Shown in pieces: positions 1 through 9,081 of a stretch of DNA of 60,745 bases (its first letter is position 1; every line of letters starts with the position of its first letter). The notes under the pieces are model-generated. The model had not been told where the DNA came from and ran no database searches. It was given only the letters and a program-made list of their open reading frames with translations. Origin of the DNA: an uncultured bacterium (GTDB lineage Bacteria; Patescibacteriota; Minisyncoccia; Moranbacterales; UBA2206); NCBI GenBank assembly GCA_903937035.1, contig CAIZXS010000005.1:1-60745 (forward strand), given 5' to 3'. A program made the position numbers and the translations under genes.

Positions 1-188
1 AAAGAAAAAGAGAAATATTATGTTACAGATTACAAAAGAGAGTGGCAAAGAAAGATTGAGGTGACTGAATGTGATATCACCATATAGGTTCTAGTGGGAG
101 ATGGAAAATGGATTCTTTCTCCTCTAGAGTTTATCTAAATCGGTTAGGTAAGCTAGTTATTTAAAAAGTGAATACGAGGAGAGCAAAA

Positions 189-602
189 ATGGAAACATCG
201 GAAAAAATTAGACTGGCAGAGCTAGAGAGTGCTGTAGAAAAAATGACGAATACTATAATTGCAGCATTTATTAGGAGCTTATTCGGATCCATTGATAACG
301 GCGGAATGTACCAAATCAATATTCAAGACGATATCCTAGTTGTTGCGAAACAATCATGGTACACGGAGTGTAGTAGCGGTAGGTGCGGTGGTTCTACCAC
401 CGACTACTCAACCAGATACACAGTTATCGTAGACCTAAACGAACCGCCCCATGTCATTGGAGATCGTTACGGAATGAGCTTATACCGAACAACTCATGAT
501 GGAGTGGTTGCATCTAGGATGCCAACAAGGTTAATGTCGGCACGAAGGGAAGGAAAAAAAGTCATGATCCGCTTCGAATGTGAGAATGAATTCGAGGTTT
601 AA
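189..602 (+). CDS. hypothetical protein
   Basis: Open ORF. ATG at 189 follows a GAGGAGAG Shine-Dalgarno-like motif (the track starts at GTG 168). No recognisable motif. Confidence 0.6.
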   Translation: METSEKIRLAELESAVEKMTNTIIAAFIRSLFGSIDNGGMYQINIQDDILVVAKQSWYTECSSGRCGGSTTDYSTRYTVIVDLNEPPHVIGDRYGMSLYRTTHDGVVASRMPTRLMSARREGKKVMIRFECENEFEV

Positions 603-618
603 AAAGGAAGTGATTATC

Positions 619-720
619 ATGGCGGGAGCAAACACAGGCTCTGGCGGGAAGGGGAAAGACATTAGCCCCAAGCCCGCAACGACTTCGAGTCACGTCGTAA
701 AAAATGACTCCAACAAGTAG
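619..720 (+). CDS. putative 33-aa small protein (MAGANTGSGGKGKDISPKPATTSSHVVKNDSNK)
   Basis: Read by hand. AGGAAG lies upstream of ATG 619, stop TAG 718-720, and it fills the gap between two same-strand ORFs. Confidence 0.35.
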   Translation: MAGANTGSGGKGKDISPKPATTSSHVVKNDSNK

Positions 721-833
721 GGGTTCCCGGGCAATCAAATCAGCAAATCTAATCGCCCTTTCAATTAAGATTGCAAAATGATTTGCAATTTTATAGCAAG
801 CAAGCACTTTTTAAAACTACACAGGGAGAGCTT

Positions 834-1154
834 ATGAAAAAAATAGTAAGGCCATGTATTCGTCATGAAATGATATCTTTCGACAGTGTTCTGAGTCTAA
901 CATTGACTTGGGGGGTTAACCTGGCCCTGACGGTTTACATCAGAAACTCACTAGCAGAAGACGGTTCTCTCCAAAAAGCCTATGATTTGATCATAGGCGA
1001 AATGGAAAAAACATTGAACGAATGTCAAACAGAGGAAGATTTTGAAAAATACTTCCTCAAAAAATACAACCTTTCAAACTGGTTGATGGATTTGTCTGGT
1101 AAGCTAAGACCAGTGACATCAAGAAAGGAGGCGATAGAAATAATGTCGAAGTAG
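834..1154 (+). CDS. hypothetical protein
   Basis: ATG 834 follows AGGGAGAG. ORF is open to TAG 1154. Confidence 0.6.
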   Translation: MKKIVRPCIRHEMISFDSVLSLTLTWGVNLALTVYIRNSLAEDGSLQKAYDLIIGEMEKTLNECQTEEDFEKYFLKKYNLSNWLMDLSGKLRPVTSRKEAIEIMSK

Positions 1155-1275
1155 GTTTTCCGGGCAAACAGATCAGCGAATCTGCTCTTGCCAGAAATAG
1201 TACCACAAAAAGACTTCAAGCCAAGTCTCTAAACATGGCTTTTTTTATTTTGTTTTTTTTATAGATTCTAACCCT

Positions 1276-1409
1276 GTAGAGATGCATTTCAATGCGTCTT
1301 GGTGTGAAATTCCATCTTAGCCCATTATCGCATTTTGGGCATGACCTGATTTTTGCGATTTATTAATTTCACCTTCTGACCCACAAGACGCAATAAATTG
1401 CGTCTCTAC
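1276..1409. repeat. inverted pair of GTAG-type REP-like palindromes (REPIN-like doublet)
   Basis: GTAGAGATGCATTTCAATGCGTCT (1276-1299) and AGACGCAATAAATTGCGTCTCTAC (1386-1409) in inverted orientation. Confidence 0.7.
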
Positions 1410-1540
1410 AAAAAAATTCCACATAACTTCCCTCGACAGCCTTCCCCTCTCATGCTAATATATCTAAGTAAGCTAGACTTGGTCTAGATTTTACGTGTCT
1501 TTTTTGAAATTATTTTTAATCCTTTTTTAAATAAAATCTC

Positions 1541-2200
1541 ATGAATATTCAATATTACGGGCATTCTTGTTTTAAAATCTCTCTAAAGCCTGCGGGCAGA
1601 GGTCAAAATGAGGTAGTTTTTTTCATTGATCCTTTTGACAAATCAGTCGGACTTCGCCCACCACAGGGACAAGCTGATTTTGTCCTTGTTTCACATGACC
1701 ATTCGGACCACAACAATGCAGAGGCCCTAAAAGGCGAACCGCGCATCATCGACCTGCCTGGCGAATATTCAGTCAAAGGAGTTAATGTAATCGGCATCCC
1801 ATCATTTCACGACGACGTCCTTGGAAAAGAAAGGGGCTTAAATACGATATTTCTCATTGATAGTGAGGAAATGAAAATTTGTCATCTTGGTGATCTCGGA
1901 TCTGACTTGAACGAAAAACAACTAGAAAAAATTGGCACAGTCAATGTCCTCATGGTTCCGATTGGCGGAAAATACACCATTGATTATAAAAAAGCCATCG
2001 AAACGATAAAAAAGATAGAACCAAATATTATTATCCCGATTCATTTCAAAATGAAAAATTCTAGCGCCGATATCGATGATGAAAGTAAGTTTTGCTTGGA
2101 AATGGGATATTGCGTCAAAGAAAGGCCCTCGAAGCTAAACCTAAAAAGCAAGGATTTAGAGGGCAAGAACATGGAGATATTGATAATGGGTATTGAATAA
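1541..2200 (+). CDS. MBL-fold Zn-dependent hydrolase (Lactamase_B_3-like)
   Basis: N-terminal GHSCF, IDPF, metal motif SHDHSDHN, HLGDLG and C-terminal IPIH. Confidence 0.85.
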   Translation: MNIQYYGHSCFKISLKPAGRGQNEVVFFIDPFDKSVGLRPPQGQADFVLVSHDHSDHNNAEALKGEPRIIDLPGEYSVKGVNVIGIPSFHDDVLGKERGLNTIFLIDSEEMKICHLGDLGSDLNEKQLEKIGTVNVLMVPIGGKYTIDYKKAIETIKKIEPNIIIPIHFKMKNSSADIDDESKFCLEMGYCVKERPSKLNLKSKDLEGKNMEILIMGIE

Positions 2201-2213
2201 TTTCCGTTTTGTC

Positions 2214-2534
2214 ATGAATATTCAAAGAAGATTAGAGGAAATCCGACGAAAACCGGAACATATCAAATTGCGCTACACCTACATAGCCGTAGCTATTTCA
2301 ATGTTTTTTATTTTGATTTTGTGGTTTTTTTCCCTAGCAGATACAATCAATAAAACCAGAACGCCAAAAAACGAAAATGTTTTCAAGGATATGCAATCTC
2401 AAAAAAAATCCCTAAAAGACGCCACGACTGATGTGAAAAAATCACTCGATGACTTAAATAAGAGCCTCAAAAGTGATGGAACCCAGCCAGATGAAAGTCA
2501 ACTAGAACCAACTAGCAAAGAGATCTTACCTTAA
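2214..2534 (+). CDS. single-pass membrane hypothetical protein
   Basis: Basic N-terminus, one hydrophobic helix, then a coiled-coil tail. Lies between the MBL gene and gyrA. Confidence 0.65.
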   Translation: MNIQRRLEEIRRKPEHIKLRYTYIAVAISMFFILILWFFSLADTINKTRTPKNENVFKDMQSQKKSLKDATTDVKKSLDDLNKSLKSDGTQPDESQLEPTSKEILP

Positions 2535-2562
2535 TATTAATCAATTCTTAGAAAAAACTCCT

Positions 2563-5007
2563 ATGGAAATGAAAATTGAGCTGGAAAATATCCAAGCCAG
2601 AGAAATAACCGAAGAAATCCAACAATCCTACTTGGATTATGCCATGAGCGTCATTGTTTCACGTGCTCTGCCTGATGTTCGTGACGGAATGAAGCCAGTT
2701 CACCGCCGAATTCTCTATTCCATGTGGAACACGGGTCTCCGCGCCAATGCTAAATTTCGTAAATCCGCCACAGTAGTTGGAGAGGTGCTGGGAAAATATC
2801 ACCCACACGGAGACGTCGCAGTTTATGATTCAATGGTGCGTATGGCCCAAGATTTTTCCCTTCGCTATCCACTTGTGAAAGGCCAAGGAAACTTTGGCTC
2901 AATGGACGGTGACTCGGCAGCGGCCTATCGATACACTGAAGCCAAACTTTCTGCCATTTCCGAAGAGATGCTGATTGATATTGAAAAAAATACGGTTGAT
3001 TTTGTGCCCAATTTTGATGGACAACACAAGGAACCCACCGTACTGCCAGCTAACTTACCCCAGCTACTCCTAAATGGATCAATGGGAATTGCGGTTGGCA
3101 TGGCAACGAACATTCCGCCACATAATATCACTGAACTAATCGAGGGAATTGACCATCTTATTGATAACCCGAATGCTACTGTCGAAGATCTTTGCGAATT
3201 CGTAAAAGGTCCCGATTTCCCTACCGGCGGAATAATTTACAACAAAAAAGACATAATTGAAGCCTACAGAACTGGTCGTGGCAAAATTCTTACTCGAGCA
3301 AAAGCCGAAATCAATGAAACCAAGGCTGGCGCATTTCAAATTATCGTAACCGAGATGACTTATGCCACCAATAAGTCCACGATGATCGAAAGAATGGCTG
3401 ATCTTGTGAAAGAAGGAAAGATTGTTGGCATCCGCGACATCCGCGATGAATCAGATAAAGATGGTGTGAGACTCGTCATTGAACTCAAAAAAGACGCTTA
3501 TCCACAAAAAGTGCTCAACAAACTCTATGACCTCACTGATTTGCAAAAGAATTTCAATGTCAACATGCTGGCTTTGGTTAATGGCATCGAACCAACTGTG
3601 CTCAATTTGAAATCAATTTTTGAATACTATATTATTCACCGCAAAGAAGTTATTACCCGAAAAACTAAATTTGATCTGGAAAAAGCCAAAGATCGCGCTC
3701 ATATCCTCGAAGGCTTGAAAAAGGCCCTTGATCACATCGACGCTGTCATTGAAACCATCAGAAAATCTAAAACAAAAGAAGAAGCACATGTGAATTTGAT
3801 GAAGAAATTCAAATTCTCCGACCGACAGACCACTGCCATTCTCGAGATGCGCCTGCAAACTCTCGCTGGCCTGGAACGCAAGAAAATCGAAGACGAGCTA
3901 GCCGAAAAACTGCGCATTATCGCCGAACTGGAAGCCATTCTCAAAAGTGAAAAGAAAATTCTGGGCATTGTCAAAAGCGAACTCGATCGCGTGAAGGAAA
4001 AATATGGCGATGAGCGAATGACTAGAATTATTAAATCCGGGGTCACAGAGTTTAAACAAGAAGACTTGGTTCCCAATGAAGAGGCCATCATCACCATTTC
4101 CAAGGAGGGTTACATCAAAAGAATGAACCCAACCGTTTATAAGGTTCAAAAACGTGGTGGAAAAGGTGTAATTGGCGCAACAACTAGAGAAGGAGATGAA
4201 ATTGAAAAACTCCTAGGTGTTATGACACACGACAACCTCCTTTTCTTTACAAATAGTGGAAAAGTTTTCCAAACCAAGGCCTATGAAATCCCAGAATCAT
4301 CCAGAATCTCCAAGGGTCAATCAATTGTCAACTTCCTCCAATTGTCAGGAGAAGAAAAGGTGACCGCTGTCATTGCTTTCAATAAAGACGACAACTATAA
4401 ATTCCTCTTTATGGCCACCGAAATGGGCACAGTCAAAAAAACTACCCTCGAAGAATTCGAAAATGTTCGCCGTTCAGGACTAATCGCCATCAAACTAGAC
4501 AAGGGAGATGCTCTCCGTTGGGTAAGCGCCACAACAGGCACTGATGAAATTTTCATCACCACCTCACATGGACAAGCAATTCACTATAAAGAAGCTGATG
4601 TCCGTTCAATGGGACGCTCAGCGACAGGCGTTCGTGGCATTAAACTCAAAAAAGATGACCTCGTTGTAGGAATGGACGTCTTTTTCAAGGGCCAAAAAGG
4701 CAATCAGCTCCTCGTTATCACTGAAAATGGTTATGGCAAAAGATCTGATGTTAAATACTACAAAATCCAAAAACGTGGAGGATCTGGCATTAAAACTGCA
4801 TCTGTTACTGCAAAAACAGGAAAATTAGTCGGAGCAAGCATCGTCAACATCGACAACCTTGATGCCGATCTCATCCTCACTTCCGACAAAGGTCAGATTA
4901 TCCGCATCCCTCTCGTCAGCGTCTCAGTCCTCGGCCGCGCCACGCAAGGAGTGAGGGTAATGCGACCGCAAACTGGAGATAAAGTCAGCGCGATCACTGT
5001 ACTATAA
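2563..5007 (+). CDS. gyrA: DNA gyrase subunit A
   Basis: [30 protein letters not shown], catalytic AAAYRYTE, GyrA-box QKRGGKG and C-terminal pinwheel repeats. Confidence 0.98.
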   Translation: MEMKIELENIQAREITEEIQQSYLDYAMSVIVSRALPDVRDGMKPVHRRILYSMWNTGLRANAKFRKSATVVGEVLGKYHPHGDVAVYDSMVRMAQDFSLRYPLVKGQGNFGSMDGDSAAAYRYTEAKLSAISEEMLIDIEKNTVDFVPNFDGQHKEPTVLPANLPQLLLNGSMGIAVGMATNIPPHNITELIEGIDHLIDNPNATVEDLCEFVKGPDFPTGGIIYNKKDIIEAYRTGRGKILTRAKAEINETKAGAFQIIVTEMTYATNKSTMIERMADLVKEGKIVGIRDIRDESDKDGVRLVIELKKDAYPQKVLNKLYDLTDLQKNFNVNMLALVNGIEPTVLNLKSIFEYYIIHRKEVITRKTKFDLEKAKDRAHILEGLKKALDHIDAVIETIRKSKTKEEAHVNLMKKFKFSDRQTTAILEMRLQTLAGLERKKIEDELAEKLRIIAELEAILKSEKKILGIVKSELDRVKEKYGDERMTRIIKSGVTEFKQEDLVPNEEAIITISKEGYIKRMNPTVYKVQKRGGKGVIGATTREGDEIEKLLGVMTHDNLLFFTNSGKVFQTKAYEIPESSRISKGQSIVNFLQLSGEEKVTAVIAFNKDDNYKFLFMATEMGTVKKTTLEEFENVRRSGLIAIKLDKGDALRWVSATTGTDEIFITTSHGQAIHYKEADVRSMGRSATGVRGIKLKKDDLVVGMDVFFKGQKGNQLLVITENGYGKRSDVKYYKIQKRGGSGIKTASVTAKTGKLVGASIVNIDNLDADLILTSDKGQIIRIPLVSVSVLGRATQGVRVMRPQTGDKVSAITVL

Positions 5008-5031
5008 GGTTATCCACAAATTAGACACCAA

Positions 5032-5059
5032 AAAAAAGACACCTCGTGGTGTCTTTTTT
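5032..5059. terminator. bidirectional intrinsic terminator
   Basis: AAAAAAGACAC-CTCGTG-GTGTCTTTTTT between convergent gyrA and the TrmB-like gene. Confidence 0.75.
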
Positions 5060-5081
5060 CTTTATTTAAAATAAATCAACC

Positions 5082-5819
5082 CTATTTATTTTCCGGCAAC
5101 GAATTCCAAGCAAGTTCAAAGATATTTCTTAAACTTTTATATATCTTCGGACTTTCGATGATGAGTCCCATACCTTCTTCATAGGATACAATTCCTACTT
5201 TACTTTTTCCATAAAGAAGAATTCCAACTTCAATATTAAAAATAGCTTGAGAAATTAGTTTTGTTTGACGCAATTCTGCTTTATCGCGTCTAAAATATTC
5301 TTGCATATCCGCAGTATCAGGCGCAATCGCCTTCACCCAAATCTTTTTCGCTAGTCTTTTTTTAATATAATAATCATTAAAAAAATCCTTATCATCCTGA
5401 ACAAGCAGAGCGGGAAACCAAGAAAGTATTTCCTGATCAGGATATAGTAGCGTATCTCGATATACATCTTCAACTGCCCGCTTTTCTTCGAAATACTTTA
5501 TTCTCGGTTTTATATTAGTAAAATTCGTCATCGACAATAATTCTGGCAGAATCTTTTCAATAGCCGATTTCCTCTGCTCCATCTTTTCCGCAATTTTACG
5601 TGGATCCTCTGAAACATACAAAGTCTTATTGCCCTTTTTAATCAGACCAATGAGGCCCTTCTCTTGCAAGGATTCAATCAAGAGATAGACCGTTGTGCGC
5701 TTTATTTGGGCTTTTTTTGCTAGTTTTGCGATGCTCGTCTCCCCCATTTCAAGGCAAGTCAAATACACCCTTGATTCCCGCTCGCTTAAACCAGCATTTT
5801 GCAGTTCTTTTTCAAGCAT
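5082..5819 (-). CDS. TrmB-family transcriptional regulator
   Basis: N-terminal wHTH (GLSERESRVYL...LAKKAQIKRTTVY..L..KGLI) and a PLD-like effector domain. ATG at 5819 preferred over TTG at 5837. Confidence 0.85.
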   Translation of the reverse strand: MLEKELQNAGLSERESRVYLTCLEMGETSIAKLAKKAQIKRTTVYLLIESLQEKGLIGLIKKGNKTLYVSEDPRKIAEKMEQRKSAIEKILPELLSMTNFTNIKPRIKYFEEKRAVEDVYRDTLLYPDQEILSWFPALLVQDDKDFFNDYYIKKRLAKKIWVKAIAPDTADMQEYFRRDKAELRQTKLISQAIFNIEVGILLYGKSKVGIVSYEEGMGLIIESPKIYKSLRNIFELAWNSLPENK

Positions 5820-5939
5820 AATATTTTTTGTCGCCAATTATGTCAACATTTACATTATAGCATAGCCACAAAAATAGTCAATATTATAGCGTTATATTAG
5901 GCTTTTTTCATTAAATACTAAATTATATTGACGTGATTA

Positions 5940-5968
5940 TTGACGTTTTACTAAAAACTTGCTATACT
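5940..5968 (+). promoter_or_regulatory. sigma70-type promoter
   Basis: TTGACG-N17-TATACT with extended -10 TG. Confidence 0.7.
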
Positions 5969-6080
5969 ATGTTGTTACGATGAGATAAGAAAGAAATGAA
6001 AGAAACAACAGATCCTTTAAAAATCAATACCGCAATTGCCCGCACCCGAGGCCAAAGATAAATATCTGGGAGGAGGAAAT

Positions 6081-6533
6081 ATGATATTTCTGACAAGCGA
6101 CTCTGATTACAACTATGTAGTAGAAAGTATTGTTGACAAAACTGAGTGGAAAAAAGATTCAGTTGAGCAAGTAGTGATACTAGCCTATAAATCCATCCTC
6201 TACATCTTGCCAGTTGAAAACAACGAAGACTCCTGTACTGTAGTAAAGAGGTTTATTAATGAACACGGTAAACTAGATAGAAAATATCATAGAAGAGAAC
6301 AGTTTTATTGCGCAGAAGACAAATATAGGCTTGATGGCGATGATGAGGAAGTAATTATTATTGGTGATTATGTCACAAAAAATAATAAATATCCCCATAC
6401 ATTTCTCTGCTACCCACGCAGGTACGCAGATGAACCCTTGCAAGCCTCGAAAAACGACAGCTGGGCGAGAGAATGGCTAATCGAAGTCAACCCCAGAGGA
6501 GAGTTATTTCTTAAACTAGCAAATCTTCTGTGA
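6081..6533 (+). CDS. hypothetical protein
   Basis: ATG 6081 follows a strong GGAGGAGG SD. Has its own promoter and terminator. Confidence 0.65.
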   Translation: MIFLTSDSDYNYVVESIVDKTEWKKDSVEQVVILAYKSILYILPVENNEDSCTVVKRFINEHGKLDRKYHRREQFYCAEDKYRLDGDDEEVIIIGDYVTKNNKYPHTFLCYPRRYADEPLQASKNDSWAREWLIEVNPRGELFLKLANLL

Positions 6534-6539
6534 CACAAA

Positions 6540-6575
6540 CCCCGAACTGACAACATTCAGTTCGGGGCTTTTTTT
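6540..6575 (+). terminator. intrinsic terminator
   Basis: CCCCGAACTGA-CAACAT-TCAGTTCGGGG followed by a T-tract. Confidence 0.8.
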
Positions 6576-6608
6576 ATTTCAATATTAAACAATAAATAAA
6601 TCTATTTG

Positions 6609-8588
6609 TCAAATCAGGCGATTTCCTCCTTGCTTTTTCCCAAATGTTCCACGTGGAACATTTGCGTGGAACAATTTCCATAAAAACAGAATAAACAAAA
6701 CCAACCCAACAATCCCCCATTCTGACCAAATTAAAAGAAAAACATTATGCACAGGCTGATATTGCCAGATCTCGAGATTTGAAAATAGCCTCTCTGTGGT
6801 CATAATAAACTGACCCGTACCAACTCCAATAATCGGATTATCTGCAATGATTCGCTCTGAGATAGACAAATACAAACCCCTTTCCACGATTGACTTCACA
6901 AATAAAGCGTAAAATTCAACTCTAAGAAAAAACAATCCTGTCAATACGGCCAGTCCCAAGGCAAGTAATATCCTAAAATGTTCCACGTGGAACATTTTTT
7001 TTAAACTAATCCGCCTAATTGTTCCACGTGGAACATTTATGTATGCAAAAGCTATGACCAGCGCTAGGACAGCTGCTTTGGAAAAAGAAAGAATTATCCC
7101 AACAGCTTGAATCGCCAGAACGAGTTTGATTAAGCTCAATCCAATTGTTCCACGTGGAACATTTGGGATAGTTTTATTCCTCAAATTGTTCCACGCCTGC
7201 CCGCCGGAGCTTTGGCGTAGGCTGGTGGAACAATTTGCATTATTTTGCTCATCAAAATGTTCCACGTGGAACATTTTTTTATAAAGCATTGTCACTATGA
7301 TTGAAAAAAACAAAAATCCACCCAAAAGATTGGGATGCGGAAATAAGCCATAGGCTCGAATTACGGGGTGATAATTAACGACAATCTTTGCCACTCCGGG
7401 AATATCTTGTCCAACTAGGCTTTCTTTGAGGGAAAATAGTCCAAGCGAGTGCTGAACGACAAATTGAGCAATTCCAATCAAGGATTGCACGACACCAATA
7501 AGCACGATAATAGCAAAAAGAATACCCAGGACATTAAATGTTCCACGTGGAACATTTTCAGTATTTTCAAGTCGCAAATTGTTCCACGTGGAACAATTTC
7601 CTGGGCTAGGATATTTGACGAAACCAAAACCTGCTAAAATACCACAAATTAACCAAAATAAGACTTGACCTTGCCAGATATCCCACAAATAGTGATCAAA
7701 CAGCGCAATCACTGCAAGACCAAGTAAGATTGCGCGGAAATATTGAACTATTCTCTGAAAAACATAGTTAAATTGTTCCACGCCTGCCTGCCGGAGCCTC
7801 GGCGTAGGTAGGTGGAACAATTTAGCATCATCACCATCAGCTGCATTTGAAAATGTTCCACGCTTGACTGCCAAAGCCCTGGCGTAGGTTGGTGGAACAT
7901 TTTCAACATTTCCAACCCGCAAATTGTTCCACGTGGAACAATCATTTAAAGATAATAGAAAATAGGGCACGAATCTAATAGCAACATAAAGATACACCAG
8001 ATATAGCTCTAGAAATTTAACAGCCCGATAAACACCAATTACTCTACTTTCCGACCAAAAAACTGACGCGAATGACCAAATAACCAACAGAAGGGGAATC
8101 AGAAAAAAACCTGAATAATACAAATTGTTCCACGTGGAACAATTTGTATTATTTTTCTCCGTGGAATGTTCCACGTTTGCCCGCCGAAGCCCTGGCGTAG
8201 GAGGGTGGAACAATTTAGAAAATAATGCTTTAATATAGGCAATTATTCCTATGGATAACTTCTGAGCAAGTAAACTATCCACACTTTTTGTGTAATCTAT
8301 CTTGTGGATAAGTCCTAAGGTGTCATCACTGCCCATTGACTTATTTACTATTTTATTGTATAATATAGATATAAACCAAGCGACAATCGTGAAATACAAA
8401 AATATATCGGAAGCATAAACATATGCGCCGGTATATTCGTTAAAAGCTCCTTTCAAAGGAAGGTACAATATTACCTTTCTGACCCCAAGCGTAAAAGTCA
8501 ATAAAAACAAATAGAAAAACCAAATGTCTTTTGGCTGTTTTTTGGCTTCTTTCCAGATATTCCCCATCTTTTCAGTTAAATTTGCCAT
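6609..8588 (-). CDS. O-antigen ligase/Wzy_C-like polytopic membrane protein containing parS-derived peptide insertions
   Basis: Motifs RAYGLFPHPNLLGG, LSFSKAA, NPIIGVGTG and PVHNVFLL, with many TM helices. The repeated peptides VPRGT, CSTWNN and FHVEH come from the DNA palindrome. Confidence 0.8.
   Translation of the reverse strand: MANLTEKMGNIWKEAKKQPKDIWFFYLFLLTFTLGVRKVILYLPLKGAFNEYTGAYVYASDIFLYFTIVAWFISILYNKIVNKSMGSDDTLGLIHKIDYTKSVDSLLAQKLSIGIIAYIKALFSKLFHPPTPGLRRANVEHSTEKNNTNCSTWNNLYYSGFFLIPLLLVIWSFASVFWSESRVIGVYRAVKFLELYLVYLYVAIRFVPYFLLSLNDCSTWNNLRVGNVENVPPTYARALAVKRGTFSNAADGDDAKLFHLPTPRLRQAGVEQFNYVFQRIVQYFRAILLGLAVIALFDHYLWDIWQGQVLFWLICGILAGFGFVKYPSPGNCSTWNNLRLENTENVPRGTFNVLGILFAIIVLIGVVQSLIGIAQFVVQHSLGLFSLKESLVGQDIPGVAKIVVNYHPVIRAYGLFPHPNLLGGFLFFSIIVTMLYKKMFHVEHFDEQNNANCSTSLRQSSGGQAWNNLRNKTIPNVPRGTIGLSLIKLVLAIQAVGIILSFSKAAVLALVIAFAYINVPRGTIRRISLKKMFHVEHFRILLALGLAVLTGLFFLRVEFYALFVKSIVERGLYLSISERIIADNPIIGVGTGQFIMTTERLFSNLEIWQYQPVHNVFLLIWSEWGIVGLVLFILFLWKLFHANVPRGTFGKKQGGNRLI
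6645..8212. other. parS: cluster of parS-like centromere sites (TGTTCCACGTGGAACA)
   Basis: Nine intact 16-bp palindromes start at 6645, 6979, 7020, 7146, 7258, 7539, 7580, 7925 and 8126. Four copies are split by 30-nt inserts (7187-7232, 7774-7819, 7854-7899, 8167-8212), and there is a half-site at 6665-6673. Matches the widespread parS consensus TGTTNCACGTGNAACA and lies about 51 kb from dnaA. Confidence 0.85.
7195..8204. repeat. four copies of a 30-nt hairpin micro-element inserted in parS centres
   Basis: 7195-7224 GCCTGCCCGCCGGAGCTTTGGCGTAGGCTG; 7782-7811 GCCTGCCTGCCGGAGCCTCGGCGTAGGTAG; 7862-7891 GCTTGACTGCCAAAGCCCTGGCGTAGGTTG; 8175-8204 GTTTGCCCGCCGAAGCCCTGGCGTAGGAGG. Confidence 0.85.
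8250..8311. promoter_or_regulatory. DnaA-box cluster
   Basis: TATGGATAA (8250-8258, 1 mismatch), CTATCCACA (8275-8283, 1 mismatch) and TGTGGATAA (8303-8311, perfect). Confidence 0.5.
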
Positions 8589-8655
8589 AATAGTAGTCCA
8601 GATAATTACTAATAGTGTAGTATTTTTCCACTATAATCGCAAATTAAGATTAAAA

Positions 8656-8683
8656 TTGACTATCTCGCGTTAACTGTTATGAT
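8656..8683 (+). promoter_or_regulatory. sigma70-type promoter of tRNA cluster
   Basis: TTGACT-N16-TATGAT with TG extension, 25 nt upstream of tRNA-Ala. Confidence 0.6.
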
Positions 8684-8708
8684 TGATAAGGCGATATTTA
8701 TTTAAATC

Positions 8709-8781
8709 GGGCCTGTAGCTCAGTTGGTAGAGCGCTTCCATGGCATGGAAGAGGCAAGGAGTTCGATCCTCCTCAGGTCCA
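8709..8781 (+). tRNA. tRNA-Ala(GGC)
   Basis: Cloverleaf: acceptor GGGCCTG/CAGGTCC with G3:U70, anticodon arm CTTCC-ATGGCAT-GGAAG, T-loop TTCGATC. Confidence 0.95.
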
Positions 8782-8793
8782 CAGATTTAGTTT

Positions 8794-8867
8794 GGATGAT
8801 TAGCTCAGCTGGTTAGAGCGCACGATTCACATTCGTGAGGTCACTGGTTCGAACCCAGTATCGTCCA
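8794..8867 (+). tRNA. tRNA-Val(CAC)
   Basis: Acceptor GGATGAT/ATCGTCC, anticodon arm CACGA-TTCACAT-TCGTG, GGTTCGAACCC. Confidence 0.93.
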
Positions 8868-8891
8868 CAATTAAACATTCGCGTTATCCAA

Positions 8892-8963
8892 GCCTTCATA
8901 GCTCAATGGATAGAGCAAATCCGTCCTAAGGATGAGATGTAGGTTCGATTCCTACTGAGGGCA
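8892..8963 (+). tRNA. tRNA-Arg(CCT)
   Basis: Acceptor GCCTTCA/TGAGGGC, anticodon loop GTCCTAA, GGTTCGATTCC. Confidence 0.92.
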
Positions 8964-8974
8964 CATTATGAGGG

Positions 8975-9047
8975 GAGCAAATCCGTCCTGAGGATGAGCT
9001 GTAGGTTCCCTGCCTGCCGGCAGGCAGGGATTCCTACTGAGGGCACA
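8975..9047 (+). pseudogene. partial duplicate of tRNA-Arg with a 20-bp palindrome in the T-loop
   Basis: Near-identical copy of the 3' two-thirds of the preceding tRNA, with CCTGCCTGCCGGCAGGCAGG (9009-9028) inserted at TTC^GA. Confidence 0.85.
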
Positions 9048-9052
9048 AAAAC

Positions 9053-9081
9053 TTGCCAAAACGAAAAAGATGGAGTATACT
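9053..9081 (+). promoter_or_regulatory. sigma70-type promoter (rpsA)
   Basis: TTGCCA-N17-TATACT. Confidence 0.6.

Noticed and set aside
6645-8212. CRISPR array interpretation of the 16-bp repeats
   Set aside because: Spacing is highly irregular (about 25-320 bp), the repeat is a perfect 16-bp palindrome matching parS, it lies in an intact ORF, and no cas genes are present.
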